Assembly (NCBI GenBank): GCA_964016885.1
Contig: OZ024744.1
Location: forward strand, 53,320,001-53,384,000
Direction: 5' to 3'
DNA: 64,000 bases
From: Eledone cirrhosa
Lineage: Eukaryota
The number at the start of each line of letters is the position of its first letter. The first letter of the stretch is position 1. The notes beneath the pieces are model-generated. The model saw only the letters and a list, made by a program, of their open reading frames with translations. It had not been told where the DNA came from and ran no database searches. This document shows positions 27,211 to 39,800 of this stretch, one piece after another. The position numbers were made by a program, and so were the translations under genes.

Positions 27211-30200
27211 ATGTGTACGCATCTCCCAGCCGTCCTGGATCGGGGGGAGGATTTGCTGTGCTTTTTCGGAGAGGTTTGGATCTCGCCATACGGGCCATCT
27301 TCTTGGACCCAGAAGGTAGGTTGGTGGTGCTGGACGTGACCAGCGGAGACGGGCAAGATTTCAGGCTAGTGGCCGTCTATGCCCCGACAGGAGCAGGGCG
27401 GCCTGATTTCTTCCGGCGTCTGGAGACCTTTCTTGGAACGTCCTGCTCTTTAGTGTTAGTGGGCGACTGGAACTAGATCTTAGATGCACGCTGGGACTGT
27501 GTGGGATTAGCGGATAAGGGAGGAGGGTGCAAGAGCCTCACCAACCTGCTCAGGCGTTTTGAACTGTCTGACAGGTACCGATTGGATTTCCCGAATGTGC
27601 CAATGTGGACTTGGACAAATCGCATAGGGTCATCCAGATCATATCTAGATAGAGTATTTTGTAGGGAAATAGATAGGTCTAGCATAGGCTGTCCACAATT
27701 CAAGATAGTCAGCTACACGGACCACAAATTCGTGATCTGTGTGCTTGACTTAGATAGGCTTCATAGACGAGGACCGAGCTACTGGAAGCTAAACGCGCGC
27801 TTACCAGCGCGCAAGGCCTACAGAGACCGGATTAGCGAATTAGTTAAGCGGGCGTTGACGGAGCCATCGTCAACAAGTGGTGATTTGCTCGGAAAAGGCG
27901 ATTAGGAGAGAGTCCATTAGGTTTAGTAAGGCTTTAGCAATAGAGAAAAATAGAGCAGAGGGAGAACTAGTTAGAAAATTAGACGAGGCGCTTAGCAAAG
28001 GCATCGCGACCGATGTACTGCGGCGAAATTGGCCCTTGACCAATTCTTCAATGCAAAGCACGAAGGCTGCGTTGTCAGATCTAGGGTGCGTGCTCTCAGA
28101 CACGAGGGGACGAAAGCCGTTCAATGGGCCCGAGTGGCGGAGGCGCGTCGTGGCAACAAAGGTAAGATCCGGTCTTTGGTGGACCACGACGGGCGCATGC
28201 TACTCGATTTCGGGCAAATGTGTGAAGATTTTCAGCGACAGTTCGCTCAACTGTTCATGGGCAGCGGTGGGCCGGGTCGAGGGATGGACTTTTGTGTCTA
28301 CCTCGACGGACTGCCGCGGCTCCCGGCCACAGAGGCGGAGTGTTGCGAAAAGCCGATAACAGCCGCTGAAGTACGGGAGGCAATGACTGGCTGCACAAGG
28401 GGTAAATCGCCTGGTTTGGATGGTGAGCCCTATGAGCTTCACGTACAGATGCCAGACTTGTTCGGAGGCTCTTAGCGGACGACTTCTGCAACTGGCAACA
28501 GAACGGGAGAATTCCCAGCTCTGTGAGCCGAGGAGCGGTGGCACTGCTGAGAAAGGATCCGAACAAGGGAGATAACATAGATAATTTCAGGCCCATTACT
28601 CTGCTAAACACAGAGTTCAAGATTTTGGCCAACGTGCTAGCAAAGAGGTTGGCGCTTGTCGTTGCTGGTCTGGTGGGAGTGGCGTAGACATGCGGCATTT
28701 CCGACAGATCCATCCACGACAACCTCCACCTCATGCGATACATCGTAGAGAGGGTAGCTAGGGAACCTGGCACGAGTGAGTCCTTGATCAATTTAGATCA
28801 GTCGAAAGCTTTCGATAGGGTCGACCATCGTTACCTAGCGGCAGTCCTGAAGGCGGCTGGCTTTGGGCCCGTCATCAGAGGCTGGATCACTGCCATGCAC
28901 AGCGACATCTGCTCTGTGGTGAGAGTGAACGGTCACCTTCAGGAACCGTTCAACATCATGCGTTCGGTCCGCCATGGATGTCCCCTCTCGTCCCTATTGT
29001 ACGTATTGACTCTCGAGCCATTACTGCACAAACTGGAGACGTTGGGGGGCGTCCCGCGCGAACATGGGTGTGGAAGATCCGTGTCAGCATATCGACGATG
29101 TCACGGTAGTGGTGTCGAACGCCAAACACATCGAGGCGATCGGCACTACACTAAGAGAATACGAAGCGGTGACAGGAGCAATGATCAACCAGGAAAAGTC
29201 AGTGGGCCTGCAGCTCGACACCTGGAGAGGCAGGTCCATGCCGCCCAACAGCGTCGTCGGGCGCTGGACGGACGGACCGGTTAAATTGCTAGGTGTCTGG
29301 TTCGGTCCGGATCTCCAGACGGACAAAAACTGGGACGAGGTGACTAGCAGGGTGGGTTCTCTTACCCATAAATGGGCGGAGTGGAAGCTATCCCCGAAAG
29401 GTCGAGCAGAGGTGGCTAAGGCGTACATCGCGTCTGTCATCTGCTATCGCCTGACCGTCGTACATTGTTCTAAGCCCCGCCTGACTGCGCTGGAGCGTTT
29501 GCTCTTTCGCTTTTTATGGAAGGGACGCGCTCCAATGGTCAGGCGGTCCATCTGTTGTCAACACCCGCTACGTGGAGGGCTGGGCATGCCGTGGCTGATG
29601 ATGTGCAGACACGCGCTCAGGCTACGACATCTCCATCTCTTCCTCAACGGTGATCAGGTGTGGTCGCCGTTTGCTAGACATGTATTTCCCCAGCTCGTTT
29701 CCTTGACGGAGCTGCAGTCCTGGGTCAAGCGAAGACCGAGAGGGAGCGCCCTGAGACTGGAATGTCTTCAGGCGCTCACAGCCCTCGACCAATCGGGCAA
29801 TGTGATCAGTGGAAACTCCACCTCGGCGTTCTATAGAGGATTAGTGGAGGGGAAGAGCGACGACATGCTTGGGGAAACTCTAGGCGTCGACGAAAATCAA
29901 CTAGCTAATCACTTCGGAAGAACTTTCGGGCCGGGGCCTATGCACAACTTCCAGAAATCTCTGGCCTGGCAGTGCTACCGAGGATTCTTGCCAGTTCGGG
30001 ATAAACTCTACAGGCATGGAGGTGCCGTCACCCGGGCATGTCCGAGATGCGCGCATGGCGACGAAACCGTCCTGCATGCACTCGTCCAGTGTCCGAGCAT
30101 TGCTGACTTGTGGGTTTATGTCGAACACCTGCTGTCACGTGTAGGACGGATCCGGCTATTATCTGAGTCCATCGTGAGGTACGCCCCGCCCTCCTCCTTT

Positions 30201-30704
30201 AGCCGGGAAGGGCAGGCAGATTTTATCTGACTGGTGGCCATGGCGAAAGACTTAGTATGGTGGACACGTTTGAAAGGGCTGAAGACGAGCACTTACCTCT
30301 TCGGTGATGCCCTGATTGACTTTTTCAAATTTCATTTGAAAAGGAAAATCAGGGTAGAGAGGGAAGTGCTCTCTTCCCAGCATTTTGTTGAAAGATGGGT
30401 GAGAGAAGCAAGAATGGCCCGAGTGAATGGGCCTACTCTGAGTATGTATCTGTAAATTAAAGGTGGAAAACTGGGAGAGGGCACTTGCCTTGGTGGACAG
30501 GGTCACAGTTGGCTTTTACTGGGCTTTCTCCACAAATATCCCTCCGAAGTCTCCCCCTATTGGCGAATTTTCATTGTTATTTTTTTGTTAAATCCTCTGT
30601 TTTTGTTTTTTACTCGCAGAAATGCCCATTTGTACCGTCCTGTATTGTCCTGCAGTGTCCTTAATGTCTATTTTATGTAAACCCTTGTGGTTAATAAAGA
30701 AATC
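27211..30704 (+). mobile_element. Tx1-A copy 2, 5'-truncated inside the APE domain
   Basis: APE motifs GDWN, SYLDRVF, TDH. RT motifs NFRPITLLN, LDQSKAFDRVDH, HGCPLS. zf-RVT in 29064-30230. Ends AATAAAGAAATC followed by (ATT)n. Confidence 0.94.
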
Positions 30705-30731
30705 ATTATTATTATTATTATTATTATTATT

Positions 30732-33700
30732 GGCGACCTACGTAGTAAATCGTATCATTGTGAGCTCCGCAAAAGTTTGTTATTTTCAGTTGTTTAAAAT
30801 TGCCATTTATGGAAAAATTTTATCGTTAACTGTATATAAGTGCACATACATTGATTTCTGAAAGGGCACTCAAAAATATTGGGTCTTGAGCCCAAAATTT
30901 AAACTTTTTATAATTATCAAACAAAAATTTTTCTTTGAAAAATCATGGGTGTCTCAAAGTCACTCCTTCCTCACAGTCTAACACCTCACACCGACACCAC
31001 CATTGTAAATATTGCTACGTTTGCCAACACTGGAAATGAAAGCAGTAGCAATATTTTAAATTTGTCTCAGGCAGACGTTTATTTACCGCCATTACCAATG
31101 ACTGCAGGTGTTAAAGCCGCCACCACCACCACCACCGCGACAACACCCTCCTCCCACCACCACCTCCACAGCGACAACAGAAACAAAAAAAAAATTAACT
31201 TGTGATATCGAAATGAATTCAACCAAAATGAACTCTTCCACACCGAACACCACTGACGCCACCACCACAACTGAAACTAAAATTAACAATAGCAAAAATA
31301 ACGATAACAACAACAGCAACAATGAAATTAAGAAAACTACCCTGAGTTTTGCCAGAGTAGCAAAAACGTGCGAAGCGATCCAGGTAACTCAGGAGGAATT
31401 AGAAGAAGCCAAAGGAATGGTAAAGAAAGATGGGTACAGGGTCAGCCCTCCCCCCCCCCACACACACACCTAATAAAATGGAGCAACGTCGCCTATGCAC
31501 CGTGTCTTATCGGACAATTAACATAAAATCGCGCCGAGTGGCACGGGCATCGGAGTCCCAAATCCAAAAAGCTTTGGGACATGTGTGGGCAAAAAAAACC
31601 CACATCAGACGTAGGCAGAAGTATGGAACCGTGGAAGTGTTCTTTGAAACACCACAGGAGGCCAGAGAACACTCCATGGCCCCATTAAGAAGTGACGACT
31701 TCACACTTGTCCCAAGCTATTGTGGCCAGAGACTTGTGAAGATCAGGGTAACCCACGTTCCACCGGCCATCGAAATTCCCTGGCTAATGGCTGCCGTCCT
31801 CGCCAGCATCGAGGCCTTAACCAAAATAATTGAAATAGCAAAAGAAATGCAGGAGAACTGGTCCAAGCGGACCATAAAAGCATTGAGGAGATCCCAGGGG
31901 TAATAGACCTCACTGACGGCAGCCACCTCACCGTAATTGTCGAGGGCAGAAGACCTAGGTGTGTCGTTTGTGGTGAAGGAACCCACCTAAGGGCTTTCTG
32001 CCCTCAGGCTAAAAGGTTGAGGCCACCTCTCTTACCCACACCAGTGACTCAACCATCAACACCACCAGCAGCAGAAATGGCAGCAACAACTGTAGCAGGA
32101 AAAACAGAAGCAACTGTAAGAGCAACAACCCCAGCAACAGTAGCAAAACCAACACCACCACCACCCAACGCGCCAGAACTAGCACCAGCGCCTACACCAT
32201 CCACCACGCCACAACCAAAACCAACGCCTGCGGAGTATTTTCCACTCCCCGGCTTATCGCAACTGGAGACAGATTGTGACAACGAGGAGTGGGAAACGGT
32301 ATCAGGAAAAAAAATAAAAATAAACCAAAAAAGAAAAAATTCTCTTCCTTCCCCCTCCAAAAACAAAATACAGAGGTAAACAAATAAATTAACAAACAAA
32401 AAAGTTAGGACAGATATGCCACCATCCACACCAGCATCACCAACCCCATTACCACAAATACCAACACCATCACCATCATTAACCCCAACACCACAAAAGT
32501 CACCAAAAAGCGTAACAGAAACAAACCCACAACAAACGCAAACAAAGCAAAACAACCAAAACGATACACACTACACAGTATTAAATTTGAACAACAACCA
32601 ATTATTACACTACATGCAACACAACACCAGCATCACAGAAAAAGACTACACAACAACCCAAAAGTTCACACCACTTCCACACATACAAATCAGTCGCATC
32701 ACACAGAAAACGTACACGACACTAAAACAAAAATTCCCCAAAGACATCAGAGGCTTCCGACAAACACTCCCCAGGAGGATTTATAAGGACATCCTTCCGG
32801 AGGAGGCCACAAGCAGTGAAAAGAATGGACAAGCCATCCTTCCTCTACGAGAAGTAAGGTAAGTGATCTTTCCCATCTTTTCCACTCCATTTCAACATGA
32901 CCTCTCTCAGAATAGGCAGAATAAATGCGCGGTGCTTGGGGTCGTCATGGAAGCAGGGCCACCTGCTCAACGACCTCAGGTCACTAAACATAGATGTAGT
33001 GGCCATCAGAGAGACCAGAATCTCCGAAGCACGGGTCTTCGCACAGATCTTCGGCGGCTACGATGTGTACGCATCTCCCAGCCGTCCGGAATCGGGGTGT
33101 GGAGTTGTTGTGCTTTTTCGGAGAGGTTTGGATCTTGCCATACGGGCCATCTTCCTGGACCCAGAAGGTAAGTGGGTGGTGCTAGACGTGACCAGCGGAG
33201 ACGGGCAAGCTTTCATGCTAGGGGCCGTCTATGCCCCGACCGGAGCAGGGCGGCCTGATTTCTTCCGGCGTCTGGAGACCTTTCTTGGAACGTCCCTCTC
33301 TTTAGTGTTAGTGGGCGACTGGAACGGGATCTTAGATGCACGCTGGGACTGTGTGGGATTAGCGGATAGAGGAGAAGGGTGCAAGACCCTCACCAACCTG
33401 CTCAGGCGTTTTGAACTGTCTGACAACTACCGATTGGATTTCCCGAAACTGCCAATGTGGACTTGGACGAATCGCATAGGGTCATCCAGATCATATCTAG
33501 ATAGAGTATTTTGTAGGGAAATATATAGGTCTAGCATAGGCTGTCCACAATTCAAGATAGTCAGCTACACTGACCACAAATTCGTGATTTGTGTGCTTGA
33601 CTTAGATAGGCTTCATAGACTAGGACCCGAATACTGGAAGCTAAACGCGTCCTTTCCAGCGCGCAAGGCCTACAGAGACCGGATTAGCGAACTAGTTAAG

Positions 33701-36435
33701 CGGGCGTTGACGGGGGCCATCGTCAACAACACGTGGTGGTTTGCTCTGAAAAGAGTGATTAGAATAGAATCCATTAGGTTTAGTAAGGCTTTAGCAATAG
33801 AGAAAAATAGAGCAGAGGGAGAACTAGTTAGAAAATTAGACGAGGCGCTTAGCAAAGGCAGCGCGACCGACGTACTTGCGGCGAAATTGGCCCTTGACGA
33901 ATTCTTCAATGCAAAGCACGAAGGCTGCGTTGTCAGAGCTAGGGTGCGTGCTCTCAGACACGAGGGGACGAAAGCCGTTCAATGGGCCCGAGTGGCGGAG
34001 GCGAGTCGTGGTAACAAAGCCAGGATCCGGTCTTTGGTGGACCACGACGGGCGCATGCTACTCGATCCCTGGCAAATGTGTGAAGCTTTTCAGCGACACT
34101 TCGCTCAGCTGTTCGGGAGCAGCGGTGGGCCAGGTCGAGGGATGGACTTTAGTGTCTACCTCGACGGACTGCCGCGGCTCTCGGCCACTGAGGCGGAGTG
34201 TTGCGAAAAGCCGATAACAGCCGCTGAAGTACGGGAGGCAATGACTGGCTGCACAAGGGGTTAATCGCCTGGTTTGGATGTTCTGCGCTATGAACTTTAC
34301 GTACAGATGCCAGACTTGTTCGGAGGCCTCTTGGCGGCCGTCTACTGCAACTGGCAACAGAACAGGGGATTTCCCAGCTCTGTGAGCCGAGGAGCGTGGC
34401 ACTGCTGAGAAAAGATCCGAACAAGGGGGATAACATAGATAATTTCAGGCTCATAACTCTGCTAAACACAGAGTTCAAGATTTTGGCCAAGGTGCTAGCA
34501 AAGAGGTTGGCGCTTGTCGTTGCTGGTCTGGTGGGAGAGGCGCAGACATGCGCCATTCCCGACAGATACACCCACGACAGCCTCCTCCATATGCGATACA
34601 TCGTAGAGAGGGTAGATAGGGAACCTGGCACGGGTGGGTCCTTGATCAATTTAGATCTGTCGAAAGTGAACGGTCACCTTCAGGAACCGTTCAACATCAT
34701 GCGTTCGGTCCGCCATGGATGTCCCCTCTCGTCCCTCTTGTACGTATTGACTCTCGAGCCATTACTGCGCAAACTGGAGACGTTGAGGGGCGTCCCGCGA
34801 GAACTAGGATGCGGAAGATCCGTATTAGCACATGCGGACGATGTCACCGTAGTGGTGTCGAACGCCAAACACATCGAGGCGATCGACACTCCACTAAGAG
34901 AATACGAAGCGGTGACAGGAGCAATGATTAACCAGGAAAAGTCAGTGGGCCTCCAGCTCGGCACCTGGAGAGGCAGGTCCATGCCGTCCAACAGCGTCGT
35001 CGGACGGACCGGTTAAATTGCTAGGGGTCTGGTTCGGTCCAGACCTCCAGACGGACAAAAACTGGGACGAGGTGACGAGCAGGGTGGCTTCTCTCACCCA
35101 GAAATGGGCCGAGAGGAAGCTATCCCTGAAAGGTCGACCGGAGGTGGCGAATGCGTACATCGCATCCGTCATCTACTACCGCCTGACCGTCGTACCTTGT
35201 CCTAAGCCCTGCCTGACTGCGCTGGAGCGTTTGCTCTTTCGCTTCTTGTGGAAGGGACGCGCAACGATGGTCAGGCGGTCCATCTGCTGTCAACACCCGC
35301 TAAGTGGAGGGCTGGGCATGCCGTGGCTGATGATGCGCAGACACGCGCTCAGGCTACGACATCTCCACCTCTTCCTCGACGGTGATCAGGTGTGGTCGCC
35401 GTTTGCTAGACACGTATTTCCCCAGCTCGTTTCCTTGACAGAGCTGCAGTCCTGGGTCAAGCGAAGACCGAGAGGGAGCGCCCTGAGACTGGAATGTCTT
35501 CAGGCGCTCACAGCCCTCGACCAATCGGGCAGCGTGATCGGTGGAAACTCCACCTCGGCGTTCTATAGAGGATTAGTGGAGGGGAAGAGCGACGACGTAC
35601 TTGGGGAAACTCTAGGCGTCGACGAAAATCAACTAGCCAATCTCTTCGGAAGAACTTTCGTGCCGGGACCTATGGACATGTTCCAGAAATCTCTGACCTG
35701 GCAGTGCTACCGAGGAGCCTTGCCAGTTTGGGATAAACTCTACAGGCATGGAGGTGCCGTCAGCCGGGCATGTCCGAGATGCGCGCAGGGTGACGAAAAC
35801 GTCCTGCATGCACTCGTCCAGTGTCCGAGCATTGCTGACTTGTGGGTTTATATCGAACACCTGTTGTCGCGTGTAGGACGGATCCGGCTATCATCTGAGT
35901 CCATCGTGAGGATTGCCCCGCCCTCTTCCTTTAGCCGGGAAGGGCAGGCAGTTTTTATCTGTCTGGTAGCCATGGCGAAAGAGATAGTATGGTGGACACG
36001 TTTGAAAGGGCTGAAGACGAGCACTTGCCACTTCGGTGATGCTCTGATTGACTTTTTCAAATTTCATTTGAAAAGGAAAATCAGAGTAGAGAGGGAAGAG
36101 CTCTCTTCCCAGCATTTTGTTGAAAGATGGGTGAGAGAAGCAAGAATGGCCCGAGTGAATGGGCCTACTCTGAGTACGTATCTGTAAATTAAAGGTGGAA
36201 AACTGGGAGAGGGCACTTGCCTTGGTGGTCAGGGTCACTGTGGCCTTTTACTGGGCTTCTCCACAAATGTCCCTCCGAAGTCTCCCTCCTATTGGGGAAT
36301 TTTTCATTGTTATTTTTTTGTTACATCCTCTGTTTTTGTTTTTTACACGCAGAAATGCCCATTTGTACCGTCCTGTATTGTCCTGCAGTGTCCTTAATGT
36401 CTACTTTATGTAAACCCTTGTTGTTAATAAAGAAA

Positions 36436-36437
<2 letters not shown>
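30732..36437 (+). mobile_element. Tx1-A copy 3, apparently full length (5' UTR, ORF1, ORF2, 3' UTR) but disrupted
   Basis: ORF1 about 30945-32862, frameshifted, with CVVCGEGTHLRAFC (CX2CX4HX4C) at about 31960. ORF2 32897-36187 in pieces 32897-34264, 34396-35016 and 35018-36187. (ATT)n at both ends. Confidence 0.95.
32897..36187 (+). pseudogene. Tx1 ORF2: AP endonuclease - RT - zinc finger
   Basis: INARCL, AIRET, GDWN, YLDR, TDH, HGCPLS, HADD, CPRC..HALVQC. Stop at 34262, frameshifts, and a deletion at about 34665. Confidence 0.92.
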
Positions 36438-36473
<36 letters not shown>

Positions 36474-36540
36474 GTGCAAGGCCAACAATTACCCAGTAAT
36501 GCACTGGGTAATTTCTGGCCTTGTGCCTAATGTAGTAACA
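36474..36540 (+). mobile_element. SINE 3'-end stub folded into a palindrome, inside the ATT array
   Basis: GTGCAAGGCCAACAATTACCCAGT-AATGC-ACTGGGTAATTTCTGGCCTTGTGC. The tail GGCCTTGTGCCTAATGTAGTAACA+(ATT)n matches the SINE tails at 42.7-43.2 kb. Confidence 0.7.
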
Positions 36541-36564
36541 ATTATTATTATTATTAGTATTATA

Positions 36565-36856
36565 GTTGCATTTATCTTGCTTTATGTTCATACGTGTTAA
36601 CAACCAAGTCACAACCAGTGACCTCAAGAGACAACAAGGTCCGCTATGTTCAAGAAAGAACATACATACTCACACACGCATCTTTAGGTGTTTAGACTTG
36701 TGATGTACTTATATTGACAGAATCTTCCTTAGTATATGGGCAGTTCCCATTAGTACTATCTTTTGTATTTCTCCTATACGCGGGTTTCCTGGGATTTGCG
36801 ATAAGTAATCATTAGACCCCTTAGGTATCATTCCCAGAGCGCCTACAACCACTGGT
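36565..36856 (-). mobile_element. Dong-B extreme 3' fragment
   Basis: PVVVGALGMIPKG..LRKILSI plus the Dong-B 3' UTR. ATT on both sides. Confidence 0.93.
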
Positions 36857-36886
36857 ATTATTATTATTATTATTATTGTTGTTATT

Positions 36887-39800
36887 CCTTGAATCTCAGT
36901 CATCGATGTTGGTTAACTGGAAAGTCCGTTGGATTGAATATCAAGCCACTACCTGCAGCCTCAGATATTCAGGACGTATCGGAGGGTTCTTGCTGTTCCA
37001 AGCAAGCATGCCTTTTGAAGCGTTCCAGAAAGCGTGTAGGGGCCGATTTTCTTTAACCATCCCTGGAAACTTTTGGAGATAGTCCCCAGTGCGCCTATGA
37101 CAATCGGGATCACTTTGACTTCATGGCAGTTCCAAATCCTTTTCACCTCCCACTTTAGGTCCTGGTATCGGTTAATTTTCTCCCTCTCCTTCTCTTGCAC
37201 TCTCGTGTCGAACGGGCAGGCCACATCCACAATCAGACACGATCTTTTTTCTTTGTCCACAACCACCAGGTCAGGTCTATTGTGTTCCAGTTTTTTGTCC
37301 GTCTGTATCCTAAAATCCCACAGCACCTTCACCTGATTGTTCTCCATCACCGCCTCTGGCCTATGCTCATACCATTTCTCAGAATGTGGTAAATTGTTTA
37401 CTTTGCACAGGTGCCAGTGGATCACCCTGCCCATCACATCGTGTCTCCAGCCCTTATAGTGGGTCTGGGCTAGGTGTTTACACTCGGACACAATGTGAGC
37501 CACAGTCTCCTCTCTCTCTCCACAGATCCTGCACAGTGGGCTAGCCTCCTCCTTGTAGATATGGTGCTTCAACCACTTCGTTTTGAGGGCCTGCTCCTGC
37601 GCAGCCATTAGCATTCCTTCTGTAGCCTTTTTGAGGTCTCCTCTTCTCAACCAGTTCCATGTCTGTGGATCTCTAAATTCAGTTTTCTCAAAGAAGGTAC
37701 TATGAAGGGGTTTTCCCTTAAGGCTGCTCTTCCTCCTTGATGTTATTTCCTCCCTGGACATCCCCTGGCCTACTGTCCCCTCCTTCAGTACAGCTCTGAG
37801 CATTGGCTCCTTACTATAGGTCACGTATTTGTATAGGTTGTTTTTCTCCATCTGAACACAGTCCTCTATGCTGATAAGACCTCTTCCACCCTCAGATCTC
37901 CTTAGGTAGAGTCTATCGACATCACTCCTCTTGTGGAACATGTTGTAGATAGTCAATAGCTTCCTAGTCTTCCTATCCATTTCTTTCTGTTCAGCAACAT
38001 TCCATCTCAGAATTCCCGCACTGTACCTAATAATAGACACAGCTCGGGAATTTACTGCGCTTATGGCATTTCTGCTGTTCAGATGTGACTTCAATACGCT
38101 CCTTACTCTCCGAATGTATTCAGTTCTTAACAATTCCTTCATTTTTTTGTTCTTTATGCCATCAGCCTCCAGAACGCCCAAATACTTGTATCCTTCCTCA
38201 GAGTCAATTTCCTTTATCATCTCACCTGTTGGTATCTGGATCCCGTTACTTCTGCTCAACCTACCCCTCTTCATCACAATGACTCCACATTTACCAATAC
38301 CAAACTGCATACATATATCACTGCTGAAAATACGGACAGTGTCAACAAGCACATCCAACTCCTTCTCACTTTTCCCGAAGAGCTTAAGATCGTCCATGAA
38401 GAGGAGGTGATTGATGGTAAGCTCTCCCCTTCCCAACTTGTATCCTGCTCTCACTTTTCGCAGCATAATGGTCAAGGGCATCAGGGCAAGGACAAACAAC
38501 AGAGGGGACAGGCTATCTCCCTGGAAGATACCTCTCTTGATCTTCACGCTTCCCAAGGATACTCCAGTTGATGTCAACTCTGTCTCCCAGGACCCCATAC
38601 TCCTGCCTAGCAACTGTCTGATGTTATCCGCCACCCTGAAGATCTTCAGGCTTTTGGTGATCCAGGAATGAGGCACCATGTCAAATGCCTTTCTGTAGTC
38701 TATCCATCCCATGGCAAGATCAGTGTGTCTCCTCCTGCAATTCCCCATTACCATCTTATCAATAAGCAACTGGTCCTTTGTACCACGTGACTTCTTTCGG
38801 CATCCTTTCTGTTCGTCCGGTAACAAGTTGTTTGTGTGGAGGTGATGGTAGATTTCCTCAGACACAATGCTCGTCAACAGTTTCCACATTACGGGCAGAC
38901 ATGTGATAGGTCTATAGTTGGTAACATCATTACCCTTGATTCGGTCTTTCATTATCAGAACTGTGGTACCTTTTGTCAACCACTCTGGCACCTCACCCGA
39001 CACCAAGCAGTCATTGAACATGGCCGTCAGCTTCGGGTGGAAGGATGTTAAATGTTTAATCCAATACCCCTGCACACCATCTGGGCCTGGTGATTTCCAG
39101 TTGGTTAGTTTTTTGGCTTGCCCCTTAAGAGTTTCAACTGTGATACTCAAATCAGTCTGTTGTTGTGCCTGCTCACCGATCTCCCTCTGTACTGTCTCAA
39201 TCCACCCTGCCTGGGCATTGTGTCTAACATCCTGCTCCCATATTCCTCTCCAGAATGTTTTAGTTTGCTCCGCCCCAGGGATCAAGTCATTGCCTCTTTC
39301 TTTGCCCTCAAGCTGTCCAAACAGCATCTTCTGGTTGTTGTCGAACATGCGGTTCTGACTGACTCTGTTCTCGTATCGCCTGATTTTTGCACTCTTTGCT
39401 ACAATGCGTTGCTTCAATTCCTCTATGATAATATTTAGCTTTTTACTCCTAGTTTTGTATTTTATTTCCAGTCTATTTTTAGTGCCTATGTTTTTTAGTG
39501 TCCCATTCAGTAGTGACTCAAGCTTTCCTATGTCATTTCTCATTTCCCCGATTTGCCCACTCAGTCGCTTCTTCCACCACGGCTCTGCTCTTTCTTGTCT
39601 GTTGTTTCCTCTCGCTTTTATACCAAGTAGTTTCCTCACCGTATTTGCTTTTGATCTGAGGATATTGTTGCACTGGTGAAGGCTCCTCGCCTCAAGGTAT
39701 GGGATGACTTTGTTTACCTTAGCTGTTGTTTCTTTTAACTTTTTCCTGTCTACAAATCTTAGGTTCATAGGTCTCCCACTATCATTGTTCAATTCATCTA

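Noticed and set aside
31448-31470. Programmed frameshift at the poly-C run in Tx1-A ORF1
   Set aside because: The run length differs between copies (249-260 versus 31451-31459) and many other indels exist, so mutation or sequencing error is more likely.
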